Shown in pieces: positions 39,863 through 50,055 of a stretch of DNA of 64,000 nucleotides. Source of the stretch: Candidatus Poribacteria bacterium. Its GTDB lineage: Bacteria > Poribacteria > WGA-4E > WGA-3G. The notes below the pieces were generated by a model. The model was not told the DNA's origin. It did no database searches and worked only from the letters and a program-made list of their open reading frames with translations. The position numbers and the translations under genes are program-made. The first letter of the stretch is position 1. Every line of letters begins with the position of its first letter. The DNA lies in the NCBI GenBank assembly GCA_965197475.1, contig CBDANF010000003.1:224001-288000 (forward strand), read 5' to 3'.

Positions 39863-42800
39863 TTAAACATAATTCATCCGGGAAGTGCGCTTTCCATTTT
39901 TACTTTTTGGCTTCGTTCGATTGCTTCGTTTGATGCAATTCTCTCCGAATAGATTTTCCACCTGTTTGAAAACTGAATCGTCATCCACAATCTTATAGTT
40001 AGGACTACATCGCGCGATGACTTCGCCGAAACGTGGAGTCATGAGCCGCAAAATCAGGTCAAGCTTGCCCTTGTTAGCAAGCGCAAGCTCCTTGAGAGTT
40101 TTTAGTTTGTCAAGGTTGTCAAGATCAGATTCCGGAATTGTAACCTCAGCTGCATAAGTCTGTTGCTCAGGAACAACTTCTATATCAACAATTTCGTCTG
40201 CTTGAATTTGACGCTCCTCTACTTCGGTTTCGTCATCAGAATTCCGATTTTTGCTGCCGTTCTGATTAATTTTGACTGTTCCTTCAATCCAAACTATCCT
40301 TCCTTCAAAGAGTTCCCCCGCTTTTTTATATGCCTCAGGAAAAACAACAACCTCTATTGATCCCTCAAGGTCCTCAAACTCAAGGACTGCCATGGAGTCC
40401 CCTTTCCTCGTGGTAAGATTTTTAACATCAGTTATCATTCCTGCTACTGAAACTGTGGACTCAATGGGGTGTCCGCCAAGGGTTTGGGTGCTTGCAGATG
40501 TATAATATTCGATGATGTCCTTATATTCTTGGAGCGGGTGTCCGGAGACATAAAATCCGAGTTGTTCTTTTTCCAGCTTAAGCCGTTCCAAGGGGGCATA
40601 TTCCGTCGCCTCCGTGAGGGTTACGGTTGTCGTCTGTATATCAGCTGCGTCCTCAAAAAGATTCATCTGTCCGCGCTCTCGTTCTGCCTGTGCGCTCTGT
40701 GCTATTTTCAAGACACTTTCCAAGTTAGCATGGAGTTGCGCCCGATGTCCTTCAAATGTATCAAATGCACCGCTTAAAATAAGGCCTTCAATAGCACGTT
40801 TATTGACCACTTTTGTATCCACGCGCTCACAGAAATCTTGCAGCGATGTAAACGAACCCCCTTCCTTTCGTGCTTCCACAATTGCGTTTATTGCGTTATC
40901 GCCAACACCTTTTACAGCAACAAGTCCGAAACAGATATCATTGCCGTCTACCATGAAATCTTTATTGCAGTTGTTGACATCTGGTGGAAGCACGTTGATT
41001 TCAATACCGAGGAAGTCAGCAAGTTTTGTACATTCCGCTCGATAGCGAGTGATCTTGTCTGAGTCGCCTGCTTCTCCGGTCATCATTGCTGCCATGAATT
41101 CGTGCGGATAGTGCGTTTTCAGATACGCCATGCGGTAAGCTAACATAGCGTAAGCGACAGAGTGTGATTTGTTGAAGGCGTATCCACTGAACGGTTCAAG
41201 GAGGTCGTATATTTCTTCTGCATCTTTTTTAGAGATTTCATTTTTGAGGGCACCCTCAACGAACTTCTCTCGCTGCGCTTGGAGCAGCTCCGGGTTTTTC
41301 TTACCCATAGCGGAACGCAGCACATCTGCTTCTCCAAGGGTAAAACCTGCCATATCACGTGTGATCTGCATCACCTGTTCCTGATATACACACACACCGT
41401 AAGTGTTTTTGAGTGCGTTCTCAAGCAACGGGTGAATAAATTCTACCTTTTCCAATCCATTTTTCCGATCAATAAACTGCTGCGTCATGCCGCTTTTATT
41501 TGGACCTGGACGATATAAAGCGGGAATTGCGCAGAAATCCTCAAAGTTGTCCGCCTTGAGTTGCGTCACAACCCGATACATGCCAGGGGAAGTTTCAAGT
41601 TGGAACAAGCCTGCAATCAATCCTTTGCTGATCAGTGAATAGACTTGTTCATCGTCAAAGGGAATATCCTCTAACTTGATATCCTTGCCATGATTCGCCT
41701 TAATCATTTGGAGGCAGTCATGAATCTCAGTGAGACTACGGACACCGAGGAAATCAAATTTGACGATACCGACATCTTCAACAATTTTTCCTTCAAACTG
41801 TGTTGCGACCTGGTCAGTTTTATCCTTGAACAACGGCACGTAATTAGTCAGGGGACCATTTGAAATGACGATAGCGGAAGCATGACAAGAAACGTGCCGT
41901 TTCATGCCTTCGACAGCTCTGCTGAGATCCATCAATTCTTTATTTTCTGGCTGCGCGGCAAGTGCCTGAAATTCGGGCACCTGTTCCAATGCTTCATCAA
42001 GCGTAATACCTGGGGTGCTTGGAATTAGCTGCGTTAACTTGTTAACATTTTCGAGGGGGACTTCAAGTGAGCGTCCGACATCTTTGATAGCGGCTTTCGC
42101 TCCCAAGGTCGCAAAGGTAGCAACTTTACCAACAGAATCATGACCGTACTTATTAACGAGATACTCAATGACGTGATCGCGTGCGCGGTCTGCAAAGTCT
42201 ATGTCAATATCAGGTGGACTAATCCGTTCAAGGTTCAAAAATCTTTCAAATATGCAGTCATAATCCATTGGATTGAAAGTTATTACACCAAGAGCATACA
42301 GTACAAGACTGCTGGCGGCGGACCCGCGCGCGGTGAGCGGATTTCCCTGCTTGTTTGCATAATTAACGTAATCCCAGACAATCAGAAAATAGCCAGGGTA
42401 ACCGGTCTTACTAATAATATCAAGTTCGTAATCCAGACGATGTTGAACTTCAGAGGAGAGTTCTCCACCCAATTTTTCACGTAACCCTTGGTAACAGAGC
42501 TCCTTTAGGTAACTATCATTTGTGTGTCCTTCCGGAACCTCATATTTCGGCATCACACTCTTGCCATAATCGAGTTTGAGATTACACCTTTTAGCGATTT
42601 CAAGTGTGTTGCTGATAGCTTCAGGTGGATAATTCTTAAGCACCTCTCGCATTTCGCTAACGTCTTTAAAATAGAAATGATTATCAAATCGCATCCGGTC
42701 TGGGTCATTGACAGTTTTCTTTGTTTGGATACAGAGGAGCACATCGTGCATGTGATGGTCGGATTTGCGGAGGTAATGGCAATCGTTTGTGCCAATGAGA

Positions 42801-43399
42801 GGGAGATCGAATTCTCTCGCTAAATCCACCATTATCGGGTACGCCTCAAGTTCCTTGTCAATATAGTGGTTTTGCACCTCAACATAGAGGTTACGGGGAC
42901 CCATTATATCAATCAGCGTTTTGAAGTTTTGGATGCCTTCCTCCCGTTTATTTGATGAGAGGAGTTGCGGTACCTGTCCTTGGATACACCCTGTCAGTGC
43001 GATAATCCCTTCACGGTGTTCCCGCAAGATTTCCATGTCAATACGCGGTTTACTGTAGAAGCCTTCTGTGTAACCGAGCGATACCAATTCAAGCATATTT
43101 TGGTAACCCGCCGCATTTTCTACGAGAAGTGTCAGATGGTAGGGGCTGCCTTGGTCTTTACCACGTGTCCTCCTATCACCGGGAGCGACATATACCTCAC
43201 ACCCGACAATAGGGTTGACACCTGCCTTTTGTGCAGCAGTGTAAAACTCCCATGCACCGAACATATTGCCGTGGTCGGTGAGCGCGACAGCAGGGGCACT
43301 ATTTTCTACTGCCCACTGAATCATATCTGAAATGCGGCATGCCCCGTCAAGCATACTGTATTCACTGTGGTTGTGTAGATGGACAAATTCCGAAGACAT
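39863..43399 (-). CDS. dnaE: DNA polymerase III alpha subunit
   Basis: PHP domain HLHNHSEYSMLDG, PDIDIDF, KFDFLG, YAFNKSH, QMNLF clamp motif and OB domain. Confidence 0.97.
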   Translation of the reverse strand: MSSEFVHLHNHSEYSMLDGACRISDMIQWAVENSAPAVALTDHGNMFGAWEFYTAAQKAGVNPIVGCEVYVAPGDRRTRGKDQGSPYHLTLLVENAAGYQNMLELVSLGYTEGFYSKPRIDMEILREHREGIIALTGCIQGQVPQLLSSNKREEGIQNFKTLIDIMGPRNLYVEVQNHYIDKELEAYPIMVDLAREFDLPLIGTNDCHYLRKSDHHMHDVLLCIQTKKTVNDPDRMRFDNHFYFKDVSEMREVLKNYPPEAISNTLEIAKRCNLKLDYGKSVMPKYEVPEGHTNDSYLKELCYQGLREKLGGELSSEVQHRLDYELDIISKTGYPGYFLIVWDYVNYANKQGNPLTARGSAASSLVLYALGVITFNPMDYDCIFERFLNLERISPPDIDIDFADRARDHVIEYLVNKYGHDSVGKVATFATLGAKAAIKDVGRSLEVPLENVNKLTQLIPSTPGITLDEALEQVPEFQALAAQPENKELMDLSRAVEGMKRHVSCHASAIVISNGPLTNYVPLFKDKTDQVATQFEGKIVEDVGIVKFDFLGVRSLTEIHDCLQMIKANHGKDIKLEDIPFDDEQVYSLISKGLIAGLFQLETSPGMYRVVTQLKADNFEDFCAIPALYRPGPNKSGMTQQFIDRKNGLEKVEFIHPLLENALKNTYGVCVYQEQVMQITRDMAGFTLGEADVLRSAMGKKNPELLQAQREKFVEGALKNEISKKDAEEIYDLLEPFSGYAFNKSHSVAYAMLAYRMAYLKTHYPHEFMAAMMTGEAGDSDKITRYRAECTKLADFLGIEINVLPPDVNNCNKDFMVDGNDICFGLVAVKGVGDNAINAIVEARKEGGSFTSLQDFCERVDTKVVNKRAIEGLILSGAFDTFEGHRAQLHANLESVLKIAQSAQAERERGQMNLFEDAADIQTTTVTLTEATEYAPLERLKLEKEQLGFYVSGHPLQEYKDIIEYYTSASTQTLGGHPIESTVSVAGMITDVKNLTTRKGDSMAVLEFEDLEGSIEVVVFPEAYKKAGELFEGRIVWIEGTVKINQNGSKNRNSDDETEVEERQIQADEIVDIEVVPEQQTYAAEVTIPESDLDNLDKLKTLKELALANKGKLDLILRLMTPRFGEVIARCSPNYKIVDDDSVFKQVENLFGENCIKRSNRTKPKSKNGKRTSRMNYV

Positions 43400-43556
43400 G
43401 GCTCTCCCTACTTTTTAGATTTTTATAGATTTTACGCTCGAAAATCGGTTTAGATTTCAACTAATTTGCAAACCTAATTATAGCAGAAAAAAGTGAAATT
43501 TACACGACAAAATTTCCGAGAGAAAATGTGTCCTCGGCTTGAAGTTCAGTTTAATA

Positions 43557-43585
43557 TTGACACATCGCTTACGCACTGCTATAAT
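43557..43585 (+). promoter_or_regulatory. Consensus sigma70 promoter
   Basis: TTGACA-17 nt-TATAAT with TGn. Confidence 0.75.
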
Positions 43586-43646
43586 AGTTGATACTGTGCA
43601 ATTGCAGTTTTCTCAAGTGTGCAGAATCTGTCTTTTGAACTTACGA

Positions 43647-44873
43647 ATGCAAAAATCGAGACTTCTCCTCCTGTTTTTAACCCTGTTTTTTGTGATGCTT
43701 GGGTTTGGTATAATTATTCCAAACCTTGCTTATTACGCAGAAGATATTGGGGCATCCCCCACCAAAATCGCGATATTACTGTCTATCTACTCTGGAATGC
43801 AATTGGTGTTCGCACCGATCTGGGGTAGGTTATCAGACAAACACGGCAGAAAACCTGCAATTCTGTTTGGCTTGCTTGGGAATGCTGCTGCCTTAGTAGC
43901 CTTTGGATTGGCAAAAGACTATATGTGGCTTTTTATTGCACGCAGCGCAGCCGGGATCGCTTCAGCTGCGGTGTTGCCGAGTGTAATGGCGTATGTGGCG
44001 GATGTCACTACATCAGAGGAACGCGGTAAGGGCATGGGACTGATGGGCGCAGCAATGGGACTCGGTTTCATTCTGGGACCGGCGATTGGCGGTGTGATGG
44101 GACGGCATGATCTACCTTTCTTTGTCGCAGGCGGGTTGTCGTTATTGACTTTTCTCTTTGCGCTTGTGCTTCTACCAGAATCGCTTCAGAAAGGTACTGT
44201 GGCAGAACAGCACGAATGGGTCTCACCGCGCGAGTTATTCCGTGGGACGACGTTGAAATCGTCGCTCACGCCTCTTTTCCTTGTAGCTTTTTTTTCTACC
44301 TTTAGTTTCGCAGGATTGGAAGCTACCTTTCCACTGTTCATTAAAGAGGGTTGGGGGTTTGGACAGAGAGAGATGGGATGGATGTTTATGGTCATGGGTG
44401 CGATTGTAGTCCCGCTACAGGGTGGGTTGCTCGGAAAATTGATCAACAAGTTGGGTGAACGCCGAATAATTGTAGCAGGTTTACTACTTAACGCTCTCGG
44501 CATGGTGCTTTTGCTCTACGCTTTCAACTTTGTGACTTTAACGGTCTATCTTACGATTACGGGTATCGGCAACCAACTAATCCGTCCGACAAATACATCA
44601 TGGATTTCTAAGCAGACCCAGATTGGACAAGGTGCGGCTATCGGAATTATGGATGCTTTTTTGAGTTTAGGACGTATCTTAGGACCGCTTCTCGGTGGCT
44701 GGCTGTATGATAAATCAACACACCCAGAATTTGTAAAAACGGGTTTTAGCAGAGTTATCGGCGATTGGTTATACGGAAATAATGCCTACTCTTATGCCGT
44801 TTTAGCAGGGATTTTGTTAATTGCTGCCTTTTGTCTATATGTCCCCCTACGACGAGTTGAACGTAATAAGTAA
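43647..44873 (+). CDS. MFS transporter (DHA1/TetA-like)
   Basis: WGRLSDKHGRKP motif A, GFILGPAIGG motif C and about 12 TMs. Confidence 0.9.
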   Translation: MQKSRLLLLFLTLFFVMLGFGIIIPNLAYYAEDIGASPTKIAILLSIYSGMQLVFAPIWGRLSDKHGRKPAILFGLLGNAAALVAFGLAKDYMWLFIARSAAGIASAAVLPSVMAYVADVTTSEERGKGMGLMGAAMGLGFILGPAIGGVMGRHDLPFFVAGGLSLLTFLFALVLLPESLQKGTVAEQHEWVSPRELFRGTTLKSSLTPLFLVAFFSTFSFAGLEATFPLFIKEGWGFGQREMGWMFMVMGAIVVPLQGGLLGKLINKLGERRIIVAGLLLNALGMVLLLYAFNFVTLTVYLTITGIGNQLIRPTNTSWISKQTQIGQGAAIGIMDAFLSLGRILGPLLGGWLYDKSTHPEFVKTGFSRVIGDWLYGNNAYSYAVLAGILLIAAFCLYVPLRRVERNK

Positions 44874-44885
44874 GCGGAAAACACC

Positions 44886-47800
44886 TCATTTTTCTAGCAA
44901 GGTAGGCAATTGATGCGTCACGCGACGTGTGTTATATTCAAGCCTATACTGCTGGTGTGCTTCGTCATCCGGATAATGTTCAGTTTTCGGATATGGATAG
45001 GCAGACATTCCGTGAAATGGCAGTGGTTCAACCGTTTGCGATGTGAGCGTGTTGATATCACCATCTTTGTCCCACCCATCGCTGTAGAGGATAAAGTCTC
45101 GAGTCCAACCTGCTTTTAGTGGTGGTAATCGCGCTGCGTCAAATTCAACTGTGATTTCATCTCCCGCATTGAGAATAACATACATATCATCAACTGCTTG
45201 CAATAAGGGATTGACATCGCCGTAGCGGGTATAATATCCAGCCAAGTCTCGCCACTGTCCGGTTTTCGTCACTTTTTGATAGTCAAACAGATGCGGTGCG
45301 TGCAGGTTCGGGCGATACATTTCCGAGAAGCCTCGGTAGTGCAAGTCTGCACTATCAGGATTCAATTCTGTGATATCCATAGGAACATCCTGCTCGCCAA
45401 CTGCGAAAAATACGGCATCCCAGTAAATTTGCATGTCGGTTTCAATCCGAACGTGTCGGTCATCGGACAAAAATATTCCTGTCAGATCAATAGCGATAGT
45501 CTTATTTTTACCTGCGGGTATCCCAATCATATCAATGACGGTTTTCCACTTTCCAGTCTCGTCCTTCACAGCAACGGAAGGGAAATGTGGGTCAATTGCA
45601 TGATTTTGGGACAGGGCAACATTGATGCTGGTATCTGTAGGAAAAATCCAGCCATTAAGGTAGAGCGTCACAGGTGCATCATCAGGAACATCACCAAGGT
45701 CAAGGATGATAGCATGCGGTTCCACAACGCCTTGGTAAGGGCCGGGTGCGTGTTCAATGGCATAATGATAATCTGCTTTTTTTAGTGCATCAGAGACATC
45801 TTCACCTTTGTGGTTTACAGCAGATTTCGGATGTAGTTTCTCTGATACGCCATATATCTTAAATTCCGCAAACGGAGGAGGTGTGTACTGTTCATTCACG
45901 AAAATATCGGTATCGGCAGGATGGTCAACTGCTATAAGTTTAACCATATCAAAATAGGCTGTTTCCCACAACTCCTCTGTTATCTGTATAGAATATCTGC
46001 CAGATTTAGGTTGTATTTGAGATGCTGAGATTTTTACGAAATCTTTAGTCTCATCCGGTGCGACAAATCCCATAGAGGTGATGAGCCCAAGCGGAGCACG
46101 CCAAAGCAAATCGGTGACGAATTGATATTTTTCGCCATCGTAGACGTATAAAAACGGACATGAACCTTTTAATATCTGTTTTTCCAGAATCCGTTGTTTT
46201 GCCTTCGGAGTGATAACATTTTGAGGCACGCCGTTTGTCCACACAACACGCACGACATCTGCGCTGTCAAATGCACCTAATCCGAAATGCGCTACCTGTT
46301 GAGACATATATTGCAATTGATATAGGTCACTGACTTTCACCTCTAATTTTGAACCGATACCATCCCTATTAACTTTATTATTCCCAGTAGTGATGCCCTC
46401 CAATCGCACCTGTATCCAGTTATTTTGATTTCCACCGTTGTTTTGTAACGCACGCAGCTGCCCCCTGTCGTTGATAAAGAATAGGTCTAAATCTCCATCG
46501 TTATCGTAATCACCTACGGCACCCGCTACAGCTCTTTCCATCGGCGTGACGGTTTTTATGATAGAACTCGTTTCGCTGAAACGACCAGTTCCATCGTTCC
46601 GAAATAGGGATAATCCTTTTTTGCTAACAATCCATAAATCGAGAAACCCGTCATTATCATAATCGAGACTTTTTAATATAGTTGACGGGTCGTCGAACCT
46701 TTTTTTGGAAATCTGCCTTGAACGCGTATCAAAAACAAAAGTAGCGTCACCTCTATTGCGGTAGAGGTGAATACCGGTTGTGGTTGCTAAAAATAGGTCA
46801 ATGTCGCCATCGTTGTCATAATCACCCGCTGCAGCCGATGTATAAGGAACATTTTGAGGAATTCCAGTTTCGCCGGAAACCGCGCGGAGTTTTCCTTGGC
46901 GGAGGTTATCGTAAAGCGTGCATCCCGTTTCACAACGGATGGTAAATATATCGATATCGCCATCGTCGTCAAAGTCCGCAGCGAGAGCGTCTGTAGGGGT
47001 TTGCTGTGTTAGCGTGTTTGTATCTGCCGACACAAAGGTTTGGTCGCCTACATCCGTAAACGTTCCATCACCAGTATTCCGATACATCGTAATGCTGGGT
47101 TGCCCTGAAAAGAGATCAAGGTCTCCATCATGATCAAAATCAACAGGCAGAAGGATGCCCGTTTCGTCTTCTGTCTGCTCATGTTGGATTATAGGAGATG
47201 CTACCCAATTCCTGTCTGCATTTCTTTGTATTAGTGTTATCTCGGCTTTAGTTTGCGACAGGATATCTTGTGTCCCGTCTTTATCCAGATCGGCATAGGC
47301 AACAGTGTACGGAATTAAAGAAGTTTGTTTTATGATCTTCTGAAAATGTTGGACAGACACATACTTTCCGTCTACATTCCTAAGAAGTATCCCCGTCGGT
47401 GTTGTATGGACATCCAAGTTTCCGTCGTTGTCATAATCAAACAGTGAAACGACTGTATAGCTTGTTAGTTCGCCTTGCACATTGACAAGTCCAAGTTGTT
47501 GGGTGACATCCACAAATTCCACGTTTATTGATGGACTCTGTTTTGCAGTGATCCGCGCTTTAAATCCTGGACTAAACGTCTCTATCGGGTGCCCGAGAAT
47601 GTCGGTTACCAATTCGCTGATGCCTTGCTGATAGCGCGGGCTTGCCCGATGCAAATTCTCAAAAATACGGATATTTCGTGAGGCCGCCTTTTGGTCGCCT
47701 TTCTTTATTGCGTCTATCCCTTGTGTTAGGTATACCAACTTTTCAGTTTCGGTATCGCCTAACAGGATCATCAATTGCTGACAAAGGTTTCCCGCTTGTT

Positions 47801-48398
47801 CAAGTTGCTCTTGCCCCAGCAGTACTTGTGTCAACTTCAACAAGATCACAACATTTACAGGTGAGCGGGCGTGAAGTTGCTGTAAGTGTAAAACTGCCTC
47901 CCGTTGTGCTTCTGGGTTGTTTCGTTGCCCAAGATAGTGCCTAACCAGTTTATAGCGGAATTCCAATTCGTCAGGTGCTAACCGCACTGCCTCTTTCATT
48001 GCTTCAATGGCTTGCTCGCTCTGTCCTTTTAACTGATAAACCTCGGATAAGATGAAATGTAGTTGGCTATCCATGGGAACGGCATCAATTCCGCGCTTTA
48101 CCCATTCCTCTGCAGCATCAGCTTGCTGTAAGCGCAGGTGTGCAACAGCAAGATTGCCGTAGCCAATTGCCTCATCAGGGAGCAGCTCAACAAGTGCAGT
48201 AAAAGCGGGAAGTGCTTTTGAAGGTTGTGATTCTTCAAGATATGCCAACCCCAAATTTTGATACTGAATTGCTTCTTTGATAATTTTGTCACTGTCGGTT
48301 TCCTGTGCAATCGCACATAAAACGACAGAGAGAAAAATTGCGAAAATAAGGCAACCTAAAATCTTTTTTGAATGCAATAAATGGAATAGCATTGTCAA
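44886..48398 (-). CDS. Secreted TPR + FG-GAP + ASPIC/UnbV protein
   Basis: Signal peptide, TPRs, repeated DYDNDGDxDL, NRDGIG...HFGLG and a GSCPFLY C-terminal module. Confidence 0.88.
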   Translation of the reverse strand: MTMLFHLLHSKKILGCLIFAIFLSVVLCAIAQETDSDKIIKEAIQYQNLGLAYLEESQPSKALPAFTALVELLPDEAIGYGNLAVAHLRLQQADAAEEWVKRGIDAVPMDSQLHFILSEVYQLKGQSEQAIEAMKEAVRLAPDELEFRYKLVRHYLGQRNNPEAQREAVLHLQQLHARSPVNVVILLKLTQVLLGQEQLEQAGNLCQQLMILLGDTETEKLVYLTQGIDAIKKGDQKAASRNIRIFENLHRASPRYQQGISELVTDILGHPIETFSPGFKARITAKQSPSINVEFVDVTQQLGLVNVQGELTSYTVVSLFDYDNDGNLDVHTTPTGILLRNVDGKYVSVQHFQKIIKQTSLIPYTVAYADLDKDGTQDILSQTKAEITLIQRNADRNWVASPIIQHEQTEDETGILLPVDFDHDGDLDLFSGQPSITMYRNTGDGTFTDVGDQTFVSADTNTLTQQTPTDALAADFDDDGDIDIFTIRCETGCTLYDNLRQGKLRAVSGETGIPQNVPYTSAAAGDYDNDGDIDLFLATTTGIHLYRNRGDATFVFDTRSRQISKKRFDDPSTILKSLDYDNDGFLDLWIVSKKGLSLFRNDGTGRFSETSSIIKTVTPMERAVAGAVGDYDNDGDLDLFFINDRGQLRALQNNGGNQNNWIQVRLEGITTGNNKVNRDGIGSKLEVKVSDLYQLQYMSQQVAHFGLGAFDSADVVRVVWTNGVPQNVITPKAKQRILEKQILKGSCPFLYVYDGEKYQFVTDLLWRAPLGLITSMGFVAPDETKDFVKISASQIQPKSGRYSIQITEELWETAYFDMVKLIAVDHPADTDIFVNEQYTPPPFAEFKIYGVSEKLHPKSAVNHKGEDVSDALKKADYHYAIEHAPGPYQGVVEPHAIILDLGDVPDDAPVTLYLNGWIFPTDTSINVALSQNHAIDPHFPSVAVKDETGKWKTVIDMIGIPAGKNKTIAIDLTGIFLSDDRHVRIETDMQIYWDAVFFAVGEQDVPMDITELNPDSADLHYRGFSEMYRPNLHAPHLFDYQKVTKTGQWRDLAGYYTRYGDVNPLLQAVDDMYVILNAGDEITVEFDAARLPPLKAGWTRDFILYSDGWDKDGDINTLTSQTVEPLPFHGMSAYPYPKTEHYPDDEAHQQYRLEYNTRRVTHQLPTLLEK

Positions 48399-48659
48399 TT
48401 ATGCCTCTGACTTTTGGAGAGATGCAGCGGATTCCTGAATCGCTTGCTTTAGTGCTTTCAATCGGACCTCTAATGAATCTTCAAGTTGTTTAAGATGTAG
48501 TAGCCATGAATCTTTGGATTGGTCATCTTCTGCACCGAATCCATCAGTCATTGAAAGTCGGATATATTTTAGTCTTTCTGATTGCAGTATTTTCAGTTGT
48601 GCTTCGTAGTCTGCAATACCTGATTCTAACAGCGTTGTAAGTTCTCGTATCTGTTCCAT
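48399..48659 (-). CDS. Hypothetical coiled-coil protein
   Basis: AGGAG RBS before ATG 48659; abuts the next gene. Confidence 0.65.
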   Translation of the reverse strand: MEQIRELTTLLESGIADYEAQLKILQSERLKYIRLSMTDGFGAEDDQSKDSWLLHLKQLEDSLEVRLKALKQAIQESAASLQKSEA

Positions 48660-48780
48660 TGGGTTCTCCTGTTCGTCTAAATTATAACCTATTTTCGCAT
48701 ATTTTGTGCCCTCAGGCAAGCGAATTTATGTATGGACGGGTGTTGAATTGAACAGAAATAGAACAAATCGTATATGCTTA

Positions 48781-48841
48781 AAAATAAAAAGCACTCAATG
48801 CAAGCGTGATACTGAACGCAGCATTGAGTGCTTTTTATTTT
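48781..48841. terminator. Long hairpin/terminator
   Basis: AAAATAAAAAGCACTCAATGC / GCATTGAGTGCTTTTTATTTT inverted repeat just after the 48849 stop. Confidence 0.75.
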
Positions 48842-48848
48842 TAAGAGA

Positions 48849-49454
48849 TTATTCTGAAAGGGTTATGACACCACAACTAACTTGCGTGCCATCTGCTAAA
48901 TCACCGGAGTCAACCTGTTCGTGGATAACCAATACTTTACCGAGTATGCCGGTTTCTGAATCGTTGTCAATAGTGACATCTGTGAGATAACTACGGCTCA
49001 CTGTACCATCTTCATCAGTTGTAAAAGAATAGGAATTAAAACCGTCAACATCCCAGATGTTACCCGGTGTGTCGCAACTGTTACCAGAATAGATATATGC
49101 GGCGTACTTACGGTCGGGGTCCGCACCCTGAATCTCGACATCAAAGTTCCGAATCGTAGTTGATCCCACAGATTCCGAATCTGAATCTACATATTCCGTG
49201 AAAGTCGCTGTACCAGTGATCCCACTTCCATCCTTTTCCTGGAGTGTTACCGTAGCTGTTTGATTTAGATCAATGAGCCCTCCACTAAATCCCTTAAGAA
49301 GCTCTGTGCTAAATGTGTTAGATGATGATGTGCGTGATTCACAACCTATAGTGAAACACACCGCTAAGATTAGAATAGTTAACACGCAGAACGTCTTATT
49401 TTTTAACGTAAAGACGTTTTGTTTGCCCATAAAAGACACTAAATTTTTGTACAT
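48849..49454 (-). CDS. Cu/Zn-superoxide-dismutase-fold lipoprotein lacking most metal ligands
   Basis: Lipobox FTIGC; GTATFTE, ILGKVLVIHE and SCGVI match SodC, but the HxH motif is replaced by YIY. Confidence 0.7.
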   Translation of the reverse strand: MYKNLVSFMGKQNVFTLKNKTFCVLTILILAVCFTIGCESRTSSSNTFSTELLKGFSGGLIDLNQTATVTLQEKDGSGITGTATFTEYVDSDSESVGSTTIRNFDVEIQGADPDRKYAAYIYSGNSCDTPGNIWDVDGFNSYSFTTDEDGTVSRSYLTDVTIDNDSETGILGKVLVIHEQVDSGDLADGTQVSCGVITLSE

Positions 49455-49534
49455 TTTAATTTTTCCTTTTTTGCGCCAGAATTTGGCGGGTTTGGTTAAT
49501 TTGTTCTCCGTTTTGGAGACTTAGTTTATTCAAT

Positions 49535-49675
49535 CAGGACTTACGCATTCCCCCTTGATACTAAATTTAACCCCAATAGGAGGGGGTAGGGGGGTTAAAA
49601 AGTCGTTATTTCAGTGATTTAACCCCCTAAATCCCCCTTATCAGTGGGACTTTTGAATACATTGCGTAAATCCTG
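49535..49675. mobile_element. 141-bp MITE, second family
   Basis: TIRs CAGGACTTACGCA / TGCGTAAATCCTG, exact 5-bp TSD TCAAT on both sides, and an internal G-run/C-run palindrome. Confidence 0.88.
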
Positions 49676-50055
49676 TCAATAGAAGAGATATGCCCTTGCC
49701 TCTGGCCCTCCAAATAAAATAATATCTGGTAAACCTCAGGTGCCCTATAAGTTTATGGACCGAAACATCGGGCATATCTCATATCCTCGTACAACGAGGA
49801 CGCTCTTCAAGTTTGACTTTAGTAAATCTAAAGTGCTTGTTAACAATGTCAAAGTAATTATAGACTTTGCTATAGATGTAAGTGCGGAGGTTTAAAGTCT
49901 CCCGGCAAGACTCGAAACGTTATTTTGTCTTAGCTTCTTGATTCAGTAGATTCTTTCTCTACACGCTTCCACCTATCGCTAGTCTTTTAAGTTTTTACTA
50001 AAAATACGCAACTCACTTGCAAACGCTAAATCCCGTAAGTATGTTCAGTACTGAT

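Noticed and set aside
39863-43399. dnaE as error-prone DnaE2 or intein-containing
   Set aside because: Normal length, intact PHP domain, clamp-binding motif and C-terminal domains; no imuA/imuB neighbours and no intein motifs.
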